Part shown: positions 21,301 to 27,796 of the stretch, piece after piece | Layout: each line of letters begins with the position of its first letter | How positions within the stretch are numbered: position 1 is the stretch's first letter | Origin: an uncultured Gammaproteobacteria bacterium | GTDB taxonomy: Bacteria; Pseudomonadota; Gammaproteobacteria; Xanthomonadales; Rhodanobacteraceae | NCBI GenBank assembly: GCA_963821885.1 | Contig: CAWGFN010000004.1 | Location: forward strand, 43,485 to 107,484 | Direction: 5' to 3' | Length of the DNA: 64,000 bases | Translations under genes and position numbers: made by a program | The notes under the pieces: generated by a model | Seen by the model: the letters and a program-made list of their open reading frames with translations, nothing else | The model's database searches: none | What the model was told of the DNA's origin: nothing

Positions 21301-21475
21301 ACCAGAAATGCCGGCTGTCGCCGGGCACGCCGGTCACCGCCAGCACCCGCCCGCCGCGGAACGGGCCGATCAGGCGCCAGTGCAGGTTCTGGTAGAGCGC
21401 GGGATCGACCGCCGCCTGGGCACACGCCGCGAACGCGGCAAGCACGACAAGAACCATCCCAAGACGCAGTTTCAC
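18338..21475 (-). CDS. Large exported BNR/Sortilin-VPS10-type repeat protein (glycosyl-hydrolase-like)
   Basis: About 1045 aa. It has a signal peptide (..LVVLAAFAACAQA) and many S-x-D-G-G-x-T/H-W BNR motifs (SDDGGAHW, SHDGGDHW, TTDGGEHW, ...). The start is GTG 21475 or ATG 21457. Confidence 0.8.
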   Translation of the reverse strand: MKLRLGMVLVVLAAFAACAQAAVDPALYQNLHWRLIGPFRGGRVLAVTGVPGDSRHFWFGAVDGGVWATDDAGRTWKPIFDGQPDGSIGDIAVSPSDPKVIYVGTGEADMRSDIAHGHGMYRSGDGGQSWQHIGLDDTFQIGRVRVDPTHPDTVFVAALGHAYGANAERGVFRSTDGGAHWKKVLYTGPDTGAIDLAFKPGDPHTIYAALWQTRRPPWNVYPPSNGPGSGLYVSHDGGDHWTQVQGHGFPAHPGRIGIAVAASQPDRVYAIVDALHGEGGLYRSDDGGAHWQHVTGDPRIWQRGWYFCRITVDPKNADRVYVMNTIVLRSDDGGKQFIALKGDPTGDDFHQMWIDPTNPDHQMLGVDQGALITLNGGKTWSTWYNQPTAQIYHVSTDNQFPYWVYGAQQDSGAVALPSRTSTYDGITMEQFHEVTAGGESGMIAPDPDDPDIVYGGTVSKLDRTTEQTRDVDPTLAYPAAHYRSAWTLPLAFSKRGKRTLYFANQRLFQTTDGGEHWKRISPDLTRADPGVPSNLDAVTAADDVHGGKRKGVIYTIAPSPLHAGALWVGTDDGLVWRSDDDGAHWRNVTPKALTAWSKVGGIEPSHFDANVAYLAIDRHRLDDDRPYIYRTVDGGTHWTAIVDGLPANAFVNVVREDPVRRGLLYAGTERGMFVSFDDGAHWQSLQQDLPMTSVRDIDVHDNDLVIATHGRGFWIMDDVTALRQMHGVDTAHATLFKPAIAYRVRPAGFTGTPLPKDEPKAANPPSGANIDYVLPAGVKGPVTLDVRDAHGALVRHFSSADPLPSLDPAKLAYAPEWVRMPAHLATAPGMHRFVWNLRYPAQGGEPGRPAGDGVWAVPGRYTVVLNVDGRSLRQPLTVRPDPRVKMTQAAYQREFALARTVEAEQVRAARALGEAAPLVHALDARIGTLGDHPDLRAQAADLRERLIEVSGVQLHHDPRNYTGPPPKRTDSLYSLTRQLATLERAVDGADADPSQDARASHAELSRSLAQALATWHGLTGKAMTQLNATLQAAGMPPVEVAAHGE

Positions 21476-21547
21476 GGCACAACCCCCAAAGCGGAAAGGC
21501 AAGTGCCCTTTATCCCGCAACGCGGCCCCGACCTCAAGGTCGGGAAG

Positions 21548-22003
21548 TCATGCCTCCCACTGCGACGATCCGGGCGCAGGCCCTGCCCCGCCGCGGAAGA
21601 AGTCGCTGGCCGGCGACCAGTAACAGACCGCGATCAACCAGATGTGCGCGACACCGAGAAGATTCGCGGTGAGCATGGTCCATGGGCCGAGGACGACTTC
21701 GCCGGCGAACGGCACGATCAGCAAGCCGAGCAGCAGCGCGGCGACCAGAAGGCGACGCCCCCAGTTCCTGAACATGAAGACGCCGACCAGCCCGCACAAC
21801 CAGAGACCAAGGTGAAAAAGCCCGATCATGTGAAGGGGCACGAACGGGATCACCATCCCTGCGTATCGCCAGTTGCTGGCATCGTGAGCGATCGCGCCCA
21901 GGCCACCTTCCCGTTCGGCGAGCATCAGCGCCATGGTGGTCAGTAGAAGTCCGACGACGGCAAGACAGGCGATACGGATGTGACGACGCGAAACCGTGAG
22001 CAT
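21548..22003 (-). CDS. Hypothetical small integral membrane protein
   Basis: 151 aa starting MLTVSRRHIRIACLAVVGLLL, with 4 hydrophobic segments. The upstream part of ORF 21548..22855 belongs to other features. Confidence 0.55.
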   Translation of the reverse strand: MLTVSRRHIRIACLAVVGLLLTTMALMLAEREGGLGAIAHDASNWRYAGMVIPFVPLHMIGLFHLGLWLCGLVGVFMFRNWGRRLLVAALLLGLLIVPFAGEVVLGPWTMLTANLLGVAHIWLIAVCYWSPASDFFRGGAGPAPGSSQWEA

Positions 22004-22035
22004 GTGAGTTCCCTCTTCAATTGATTCCAGGCAGG

Positions 22036-22621
22036 TCAGTCCGAGCCAACTGCGGGCAGCACGTGACGCTGGCCCCGCCCCGCCGCCCACAGCGATCGCC
22101 CGGCGCCGACCCACAGGATCGCCGCCGCCAGCAGGCCGCCCAGCGGATCCGTCGGACCGCCGGGGGCCAGCCACGGATAGACCAGCGCCACCGCGATCAG
22201 CGCGCCGCCGGTGACGTAGTGGAAGCGATAGCGCAGCAGGCGCGCCAGCGGCAGGAAATGCAGGCCGACGATCAGCATGATCGCGGGCACGAACCAGTCG
22301 ATCTGGCCCAGATTGTTCAGCACGTTGCCGACGATGAAGATGAGCACCCACTGGCCGGCGTTGATCAGCGTTGAACCAGCGGTCCGCTCGCTTCCGTGCC
22401 TCGGACGGCGGCGCTTCGCCGGCCGTCCGGTACGTCCGGTAGCGCGCGAAGGCAAAGGCCAGAAGCCCCGCCGTGACCAGCCCGACAGCCGCCAGCGCGG
22501 CCACGTTCCAGCCGGTGAATCGCCAGGCCGCGTAACCCAGCCAGGCGCCACCGAAGGCGAACAGGAACATCGCGCCGATGGCGCGTCGTGCCGGAACGTT
22601 GCCGAACGCATCGGGTTGCAC
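22036..22621 (-). pseudogene. Hypothetical membrane protein split by one frameshift (~22365-22385)
   Basis: The N-terminal half (..AMFLFAFGGAWLGYAAWRFTGWNVAALAAVGLVTAGLLAFAFARY..KRADRWFN) is in the frame of ORF 21548..22855. The C-terminal half (LINAGQWVLIFIVGNVLNNLGQIDWFVPAIMLIVGLHFLPLA...) is in ORF 22036..23286. The start is uncertain. Confidence 0.5.
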
Positions 22622-22848
22622 ACGTGTTCCCTGGCGCCGGGCGCCTGCATCGGACTCACCCTGAGTATATACAGACGCAACCGGATCCCGGCGCCCGCCA
22701 CGGGCCCCGAGGCACGTGCCGAGGCTCCGACGCGAAACGTACCCGTCATCCAGGAGTGTTCCGCAGCGCCATAACCAAGTAGATTGGGCAGGCCCAATGG
22801 CCATCGCTCCATGAGGGGCGGTGTACAAAAAAGAGACCAACGAGAACC

Positions 22849-23244
22849 ATGGCAACCAAAAAAGCTGCTAAGAAGACCACCAAGGCCAAGCCGGCCGCCA
22901 AGGCCGCCCCGAAGGCCGCCGCCCCCATCAAGCCGATCAAGGACGCGCTGAGCAAGTCCGCCCTGATCGAGCACCTGGCCGCGCAGGCCGCCGTCGAGAA
23001 GAAGCACGTCAAGGCCGTGCTGGCGGCGCTCGAGACCACCATGTTCGGTTCGGTGCACAAGAGGGGCCTGGGCAGCTTCACGCTTCCCGGCCTGTTCAAG
23101 GTCACCTCCGTGAAGGTGCCGGCCAAGCCCAAGCGCAAGGGCAAGAACCCGTTCACCGGCGAAGAGCAGGTGTTCGCGGCCAAGCCGGCGACCGTCAAGG
23201 TCAAGGTGCGTCCGCTGAAGAAGCTCAAGGACGCCGCGCTCTGA
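22849..23244 (+). CDS. HU-family DNA-binding protein with a ~35-aa Lys/Ala/Pro-rich (histone H1-like) N-terminal tail
   Basis: MATKKAAKKTTKAKPAAKAAPKAAAPIKP... is followed by an HU fold (SKSALIEHLA...GKNPFTGEE...VKVRPLKKLKD). Confidence 0.85.
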   Translation: MATKKAAKKTTKAKPAAKAAPKAAAPIKPIKDALSKSALIEHLAAQAAVEKKHVKAVLAALETTMFGSVHKRGLGSFTLPGLFKVTSVKVPAKPKRKGKNPFTGEEQVFAAKPATVKVKVRPLKKLKDAAL

Positions 23245-23253
23245 TCGCGCCCT

Positions 23254-23284
23254 GTCCCCTGCAACACGCCGTGTTGCAGGGGAC
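23254..23284 (+). terminator. Perfect 14-bp stem / 3-nt loop hairpin after the HU gene (no U-tract)
   Basis: GTCCCCTGCAACAC-gcc-GTGTTGCAGGGGAC, 10 nt after the stop codon. Confidence 0.5.
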
Positions 23285-23420
23285 AACCCTCCGGCCCCGG
23301 ACGTCCCGTACCGTCGCCACCCGGGCCATCGCCCGCCCCTGATCCCCGCCCCGTCCGCCGCCCACCCGCCATCGACTTTGGCTTATGGTGTCCTCACCCG
23401 GCACCGATGGAGGCAAGCCC

Positions 23421-23819
23421 ATGCAAGGCGGATGCGTATGCGGCGCGGTGCGCTACACCGCGGGCGAGGCGCTGAGCCTGGTCAACTGCCACTGCCGGAT
23501 GTGCCGCAGCATCAACGGTGGCGCGTTCAGCTCCTACGTGGTGGTGCGCTCGGACGGCTTCACCGCCAGCGGCGACACCCTCGCCGAGATCCAGGTCGGC
23601 GACAGCGCCATCAAGCACTTCTGCCGCCACTGCGGTACCCCCGTGTTCAACACCAACCCCGGTCGCTACCCGGGCTTGACCATGCTCTACCTGGGCACGG
23701 TGGAAGGTCACGAATCCCTTGAGCCGTCGGTCAATATCTACTGCAGCAGCAAGCTGGCGTGGGTGGATGCGCTGGTCGGGTTGCCGAGCTTCGATGAAGG
23801 GCGACAGCGTCGGGGATGA
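23421..23819 (+). CDS. GFA (glutathione-dependent formaldehyde-activating / CENP-V) family protein
   Basis: MQGGCVCGAVRY...CHCRMCR...HFCRHCGTPVF shows the Zn-binding Cys pattern of the GFA family. Confidence 0.8.
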   Translation: MQGGCVCGAVRYTAGEALSLVNCHCRMCRSINGGAFSSYVVVRSDGFTASGDTLAEIQVGDSAIKHFCRHCGTPVFNTNPGRYPGLTMLYLGTVEGHESLEPSVNIYCSSKLAWVDALVGLPSFDEGRQRRG

Positions 23820-23874
23820 GGAAAGCTACGCAAGAACTGGATTTAATTGCTTCCGTCCCCTATTTCCGCGGCGG

Positions 23875-23905
23875 GTCAAACGTCACCTGCAGCGATTTGT
23901 TGGGC
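23875..23905 (-). repeat. Truncated terminal attC remnant (cassette 8)
   Basis: GTCAAACG-TCACCTGCAGCGATTT-GTTGGGCGGC shares both end boxes (GTCAAACG / TTGTTGGGCGGC) with the 24752-24810 site but lacks the central arms. Confidence 0.5.
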
Positions 23906-23932
23906 GGCGACGGCACCGCTCCCCGACTGAAT

Positions 23933-24511
23933 TCAGCTACTGGCATCCAGCGCCGCTTTGTATAGGCTCTGTTTGGGCTCAGCCATGAGCTTTCTGACCA
24001 ACGGAGCAAACAGGTCGAGCGACAATTCAGGATGCGAGCTATCAAATGCGAGGTTGTCGTACTCAGCAATGAAGCGCGCCGTACGCTCGTAATGCTCTGA
24101 ATCTTTGAACCTGTCCCGCATATTGCGATCCATGCCCAAGTGATGGAAGAAGTTGTAGCCCTGAAAGATCGCATGATGCTTGATCATCCAGTGGTTGGCC
24201 TCCGAAACGAAGGGCTGCAAGATTGCTGCTGCCACGTCCGCATGGTTGAAGCTACCCAATGTATCTCCGATGTCGTGCAGGAGAGCACAAACGACGTATT
24301 CGTCATCTTCGCCAGCTTCTGCAGCCCGCTCAGCGGTCTGAAGGCAGTGCTGCAGCCTGTCAATGGGAAAGCCACCGTAATCGCCTTTGAGGAGCTGCAT
24401 ATGCGCCAGGATCCGATCTGGCAGTCCGGACATGAACTGCTTCTGCTCCCCGATGATTATTTGCCAATCATCTTTAGTGCTTTCTGTGAAAGATTTGAAG
24501 CTTGTTTTCAT
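23933..24511 (-). CDS. Cassette 8: HD-domain metal-dependent protein (PhnZ/MIOX-like His/Asp pattern)
   Basis: 192 aa from ATG 24511. IDRLQHCLQTA...VVCALLHDIGD...NH...NHW..KHH.. gives a multiple His/HD ligand pattern. Confidence 0.65.
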   Translation of the reverse strand: MKTSFKSFTESTKDDWQIIIGEQKQFMSGLPDRILAHMQLLKGDYGGFPIDRLQHCLQTAERAAEAGEDDEYVVCALLHDIGDTLGSFNHADVAAAILQPFVSEANHWMIKHHAIFQGYNFFHHLGMDRNMRDRFKDSEHYERTARFIAEYDNLAFDSSHPELSLDLFAPLVRKLMAEPKQSLYKAALDASS

Positions 24512-24582
24512 CGGACTACCTAGCTTTCCGCCCAGCAGAAGATTAACACCCCTTCGCCGGATATCTACGATGTCGACATGCC

Positions 24583-24657
24583 GGCCAACGCCTGAGTTCA
24601 CCGGCATTTGCGGAAATTGTCCCTGACACCGTTTTCCGGGCTTGTCTCAGTGAACTA
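24583..24657 (-). repeat. attC-like site (cassette 7), degenerate
   Basis: GGCCAAC-GCCTGAGTTCACCGGCA...TCCGGGCTTGTCTCAGTGAACTA. The left box and arm match the array consensus, but the right box is GTGAACT rather than GTTRRRY. Confidence 0.45.
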
Positions 24658-24747
24658 AATAGAGGTGCTCGGCGCTTTGCTAGTTAGCGTTCCACTGCAC
24701 GCGAAAAGCAGTACGGCGGCTAGGATGATTACGAAGGGCTTGCTCAT
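24655..24747 (-). CDS. Cassette 7: 30-codon putative lipoprotein mini-ORF
   Basis: MSKPFVIILAAVLLFACSGTLTSKAPSTSI* has a signal peptide with a lipobox-like LFAC. It starts 3 nt after the preceding attC box and is not in the supplied ORF track (too short). Confidence 0.3.
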   Translation of the reverse strand: MSKPFVIILAAVLLFACSGTLTSKAPSTSI

Positions 24748-24751
24748 GTGG

Positions 24752-24810
24752 TCAAACGCTCAGCATCAGCGGCGGCGCGCAGCGCCGTCCGCTGCATGCT
24801 GTTGTTGGGC
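24752..24810 (-). repeat. attC site (cassette 6), divergent arms
   Basis: TCAAAC-GCTCAGCATCAGCGGCGGCGCGCAGCGCCGTCCGCTGCATGCTGTT-GTTGGGC. The arms CAGCATCAGCGG / CCGCTG(C)ATGCTG pair with one extrahelical base. Confidence 0.75.
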
Positions 24811-24821
24811 GGCACGGCGGA

Positions 24822-25217
24822 CTAGGTTGCGCTTCGGAATGCTTCGCCCGCAGCGTAGGTGTCGAAAAACTCTTGGAAGCGAACGACCTTACCGTCGCGA
24901 AACGTCACGACGTGGACAAAATCGGACTCGTAGACGCGCCCCGTCTGCTTCGCCCGGCATCTCATGTAGCCCACGACGGCAACAGTATCTTCGTTGGCAA
25001 GAAACTGCCGCGGCTCAAGGACCTCGATGTCCTCGGCCTCCCGGCCGATCTGGACCCACTCGAGAAAGCCCTTGTGACCGCGATGTTCGCCAGCCGCTGG
25101 GTTGAACGGATTCTCCGGCTCGCACCACACGACATCAGGTGCCAAACGCGCCAGCATGTCCTCGATGTCGCGTCGCGCAAACGCGTCGTACAGCTCTTCC
25201 ACCGCGCCGATATTCAT
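24822..25217 (-). CDS. Cassette 6: SnoaL-like / NTF2-fold protein
   Basis: 131 aa. MNIGAVEELYDAFARRDIEDMLARLAPDVVW...DGKVVRFQEFFD is typical of ketosteroid-isomerase-like proteins. Confidence 0.75.
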   Translation of the reverse strand: MNIGAVEELYDAFARRDIEDMLARLAPDVVWCEPENPFNPAAGEHRGHKGFLEWVQIGREAEDIEVLEPRQFLANEDTVAVVGYMRCRAKQTGRVYESDFVHVVTFRDGKVVRFQEFFDTYAAGEAFRSAT

Positions 25218-25274
25218 GCCTGCACCTCTCCTACCTCCGCAAATTGCGTTTCGCCACGCTGACGTTCTACATCA

Positions 25275-25329
25275 ACCCAACGCAGAGCTAAGCCGCGCCG
25301 AAGGCGTCGGCTTGAATGATTAGTTAGGC
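25275..25329 (-). repeat. attC site (cassette 5)
   Basis: ACCCAAC-GCAGAGCTAAGCCGCGCCGAAGGCGTCGGCTTGAATGATTA-GTTAGGC. The TAA that would end the full-length Imm50-like frame lies in the box (25324-25326). Confidence 0.8.
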
Positions 25330-25767
25330 CTTCGCTCGCGCATAGACGCTTGCGGGAGGAATGCCCGGGGTAACGGAAGCCACCTCAATGGCTCGACACT
25401 TGAACTGGGCGTCCATGCCGTACACCGCCTCAAAACGAACCTAAAAGAGGCTTTCCGTGCCGACGTCAGAGATGACCAGCCCTGACAATGCATTCTGATG
25501 GTTGAAACCGCCGAGCTCCAGACCATCGACACCGTCAAATTTGAGCACCACGATGGAATGGTTATCGCACACAAAGTAGCCTCGTTCATCCACCTGGCTT
25601 GTCATTGAGAAGACGTGGACCTCAGCCACAAGTGCGGGGCTGAAGGGTGCGTCGAACTGGCGACAAAGCTCCAGACGCAGAACCTCTGCGTCATGAAAGC
25701 TCGGCCAACGTCCGAAGACGGACGTGATGGCAGTCGAGTTCGCGATGCGGTCTACGGGGGTGGACAT
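25324..25767 (-). pseudogene. Cassette 5: Imm50-like polymorphic-toxin immunity protein interrupted by an in-frame TAG at 25441-25443
   Basis: ORF 25441..25767 reads ..FGRWPSFHDAEVLRLEL...EVHVFSMTSQVDERGYFV..LKFDGVDGLELGGFNHQNALSGLVI... After the TAG, the same frame continues VRFEAVYGMDAQFKCRAIEVASVTPG.. to a TAA inside the attC. Confidence 0.55.
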
Positions 25768-25772
25768 CGAAG

Positions 25773-25830
25773 GCCTAACTCTGGAGTTCAGCGGCGAGCA
25801 CAGCGAGTCGGCTGGAACGACGGGGTAGGT
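25773..25830 (-). repeat. attC site (cassette 4), degenerate in one box
   Basis: GCCTAAC-TCTGGAGTTCAGCGGCGAGCACAGCGAGTCGGCTGGAACGACGG-GGTAGGT. The right-hand box reads GGTAGGT instead of GTTAGGN, and the adjacent arm has several substitutions. Confidence 0.65.
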
Positions 25831-25851
25831 GCGTGCGACGGGCGGCCGACC

Positions 25852-26379
25852 CTAGAACGCGTTGAATTCGGGCGCGTATGAGACGAGCCCATTGAGGCCG
25901 GACAGGGCCCCCGGGCTCAGGGCGAGGGCCAAGAATACGGCATCGGGCACCGGCCAGATACAGGTAAGCCCGAACGTGCTGGCAGGACGGAAACCGAAAC
26001 GGGGGTAATAGTTCGGGTGACCAAGGACGACAACGAAGCCAACGCCGCGTGACGCACAGAGCTCAAGGCCGCGGCGCACAAGGAGAGAGCCGATACCTTG
26101 ACGCTGATGCTCTGGTAGGACAGCCATAGGCGCAAGGCCTGCGCCGACGATACCCGGCGGTGCGCCAGGAACCGTCACCGGACTGAAAGCGATGTGGCCG
26201 ACGACGGAGTTCCCGTAGAGAGCCACCAAAGAGAGCAGGAGACCACCCCTTGACCGAAGTCGGTCGACGAGGTCGGCCTCGGCTGACGTCTCGAAGGCGG
26301 CCAGGTTGACGTGGTGGACGTCGCCGACGTGGGCTGGCGCCTCTTCAAGGACGTTAATGTCTGACAGCATGATGTTCAC
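25852..26379 (-). CDS. Cassette 4: GNAT-family N-acetyltransferase (YhbS-like)
   Basis: ..VLPEHQRQGIGSLLVRRGLELCASRGVGFVVVLGHPNYYPRFGF.. is the acetyl-CoA binding motif. The start is GTG 26379 or ATG 26370. Confidence 0.8.
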   Translation of the reverse strand: MNIMLSDINVLEEAPAHVGDVHHVNLAAFETSAEADLVDRLRSRGGLLLSLVALYGNSVVGHIAFSPVTVPGAPPGIVGAGLAPMAVLPEHQRQGIGSLLVRRGLELCASRGVGFVVVLGHPNYYPRFGFRPASTFGLTCIWPVPDAVFLALALSPGALSGLNGLVSYAPEFNAF

Positions 26380-26381
26380 GC

Positions 26382-26453
26382 ACCTAACGCTGGAGTTAAG
26401 ACGCCGACCGCTGGCGTAGCCAGTGGGCGGTCGGCTTGAATGAATTGTTAGGG
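26382..26453 (-). repeat. attC site (cassette 3)
   Basis: ACCTAAC-GCTGGAGTTAAGACGCCGACCGCTGGCGTAGCCAGTGGGCGGTCGGCTTGAATGAATT-GTTAGGG. Its reverse complement begins CCCTAACAATTCATTCAAGCCGAC and ends CTTAACTCCAGCGTTAGGT, very like the aadA1 attC ends as I recall them. Confidence 0.88.
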
Positions 26454-26467
26454 CGCGTGCCCCACTG

Positions 26468-27046
26468 TTACCAAAACTTATACCAAGGCTTGCGGGGATC
26501 AGTGCTCGTGCCCGTCGCTAGGTGTGGCGGGGCTGTCTTGGAACCTTCGATAAAGCCATACACGGCCACATTGAACGCGGTTTCGGCACCGATAGCCGGG
26601 ATGCACTCTTTGACGATAAACGCCGTAGCCAAAGCAGCGGATTGAGCAGCTTGCTCCAGCGACAGCGAATGCTGCCGCGCGATCTCCAGCGCGGGCGCTT
26701 GAAGAAGCGCGAGCGACTGCAGAACGTCGATGTGAGGCTCAGTGCCGCGTTGTTCAGGGGCGCCGCCGAACTTTGTGGAATCCAGTTGAATCCCGCACTT
26801 ATCCAGGAACGCTAGAACCAAGTTGGCCAAGCTTGGGTATTTGTCATTGGCTTCGTTCGACAGCAACACAGTGCCCGGTTGTGCAGATTCCAAGTTGAGG
26901 CCAAAGGACCGTAGCAGCAGGCTTCCGGAAAGGCGCGCGGCAGAAGCAATTGCCGTCTCCGGGTGTACTGCGCGGCCAGAGCCCGTGCCGGCCAAAAGTT
27001 CGACGTAGTCCCCCGTTGCTCGATTTTGCTCGTCTGTGATCAACAT
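26468..27046 (-). CDS. Cassette 3: hypothetical protein (192 aa)
   Basis: ATG 27046 is preceded by AGGAAAG. An attC follows 14 nt after the stop. No family recognised. Confidence 0.55.
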   Translation of the reverse strand: MLITDEQNRATGDYVELLAGTGSGRAVHPETAIASAARLSGSLLLRSFGLNLESAQPGTVLLSNEANDKYPSLANLVLAFLDKCGIQLDSTKFGGAPEQRGTEPHIDVLQSLALLQAPALEIARQHSLSLEQAAQSAALATAFIVKECIPAIGAETAFNVAVYGFIEGSKTAPPHLATGTSTDPRKPWYKFW

Positions 27047-27061
27047 AGAACTTTCCTAGCG

Positions 27062-27118
27062 CCCTAACGCTGGAATTGAGCGGCGGCGAAGCCGTCCGCC
27101 TCGAATGATTTGTTAGAC
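27062..27118 (-). repeat. attC site (cassette 2)
   Basis: CCCTAAC-GCTGGAATTGAGCGGCGGCGAAGCCGTCCGCCTCGAATGATTT-GTTAGAC. The stop codon of the upstream cassette ORF (27113-27115) lies inside the box. Confidence 0.85.
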
Positions 27119-27718
27119 CGCGGTTCGCTCACGTCTAATCACTTTTTTTCCGGACACTTCAAAACGCTGCTCCAGCTCAGGCCCAGTTTGTCCCTCCCGG
27201 TAGTAAGAAACACACATTCTCACAATTTCGGCAAGACGTTCGGCGTCGGCGGAAAGACCTTCTATTTCAGTCGGAAGGTAGTGCGCTGACTTGTACTCAA
27301 CGCCGGTTCCGTGGCTACGAACCCTCAGGAGCGAGAACGGATTTGGCTCGGGATCATCGCCCACTGAGGTGCTGGCCCACGCATCGTGCATAAGACGATT
27401 GCGGAGCTGTACAAGCGCTTCCAACTCACGGCGCAAACACTTCATGATTTGCTTGTCGCCTTCTGTTAGCGCCCCAGCCCATCGTTCGTGTAAGACCGAA
27501 AAAAATGTTGAAACTATCGGGCTGGCGGTTCGGTCGGTTAGTGCGCCTTGAAGCAGCAGCATCCTTTTACCTGAGAGAAGGAAACTATGCCCATCCATAC
27601 CGATAAGCAAAACCGTTGCATTTTCGAGAGCCCAAAGTACCACGGAGAACTTAACAACAAAACGCCCGAGAGCGCCGAAGGTTTGCTCATCAAGTGCGAG
27701 TTGCTCCTGAGTGTTCAT
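27113..27718 (-). CDS. Cassette 2: hypothetical protein with a HEPN-like Rx4H motif (LRNRLMHD); candidate RNase toxin / abortive-infection-type protein
   Basis: 201 aa from ATG 27718, preceded by GAGGA. The sequence looks helix-rich by eye (composition only, not predicted), with ..ELEALVQLRNRLMHDAW.. in the middle. The stop is embedded in the attC. Confidence 0.4.
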   Translation of the reverse strand: MNTQEQLALDEQTFGALGRFVVKFSVVLWALENATVLLIGMDGHSFLLSGKRMLLLQGALTDRTASPIVSTFFSVLHERWAGALTEGDKQIMKCLRRELEALVQLRNRLMHDAWASTSVGDDPEPNPFSLLRVRSHGTGVEYKSAHYLPTEIEGLSADAERLAEIVRMCVSYYREGQTGPELEQRFEVSGKKVIRRERTAV

Positions 27719-27733
27719 AGTCCTCACTGGAAG

Positions 27734-27793
27734 GTCTAACGCTGGAGTTAAGCGGCGCGCGTCAGCGCGTCCGCCTTGAATGAGTTGTTATGC
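27734..27793 (-). repeat. attC site (cassette 1)
   Basis: Plus strand: GTCTAAC-GCTGGAGTTAAGCGGCGCGCGTCAGCGCGTCCGCCTTGAATGAGTT-GTTATGC. It is an imperfect palindrome and starts 3 nt after the stop of ORF 27797..28285. Confidence 0.85.
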
Positions 27794-27796
27794 ATA

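Noticed and set aside
18050-21946. 1298-aa ORF on the plus strand
   Set aside because: It is antisense to the well-supported BNR-repeat gene (18338..21475). It is Arg/Gly/Ala/His-rich with no motifs, which is the typical shadow ORF of a very GC-rich coding region.
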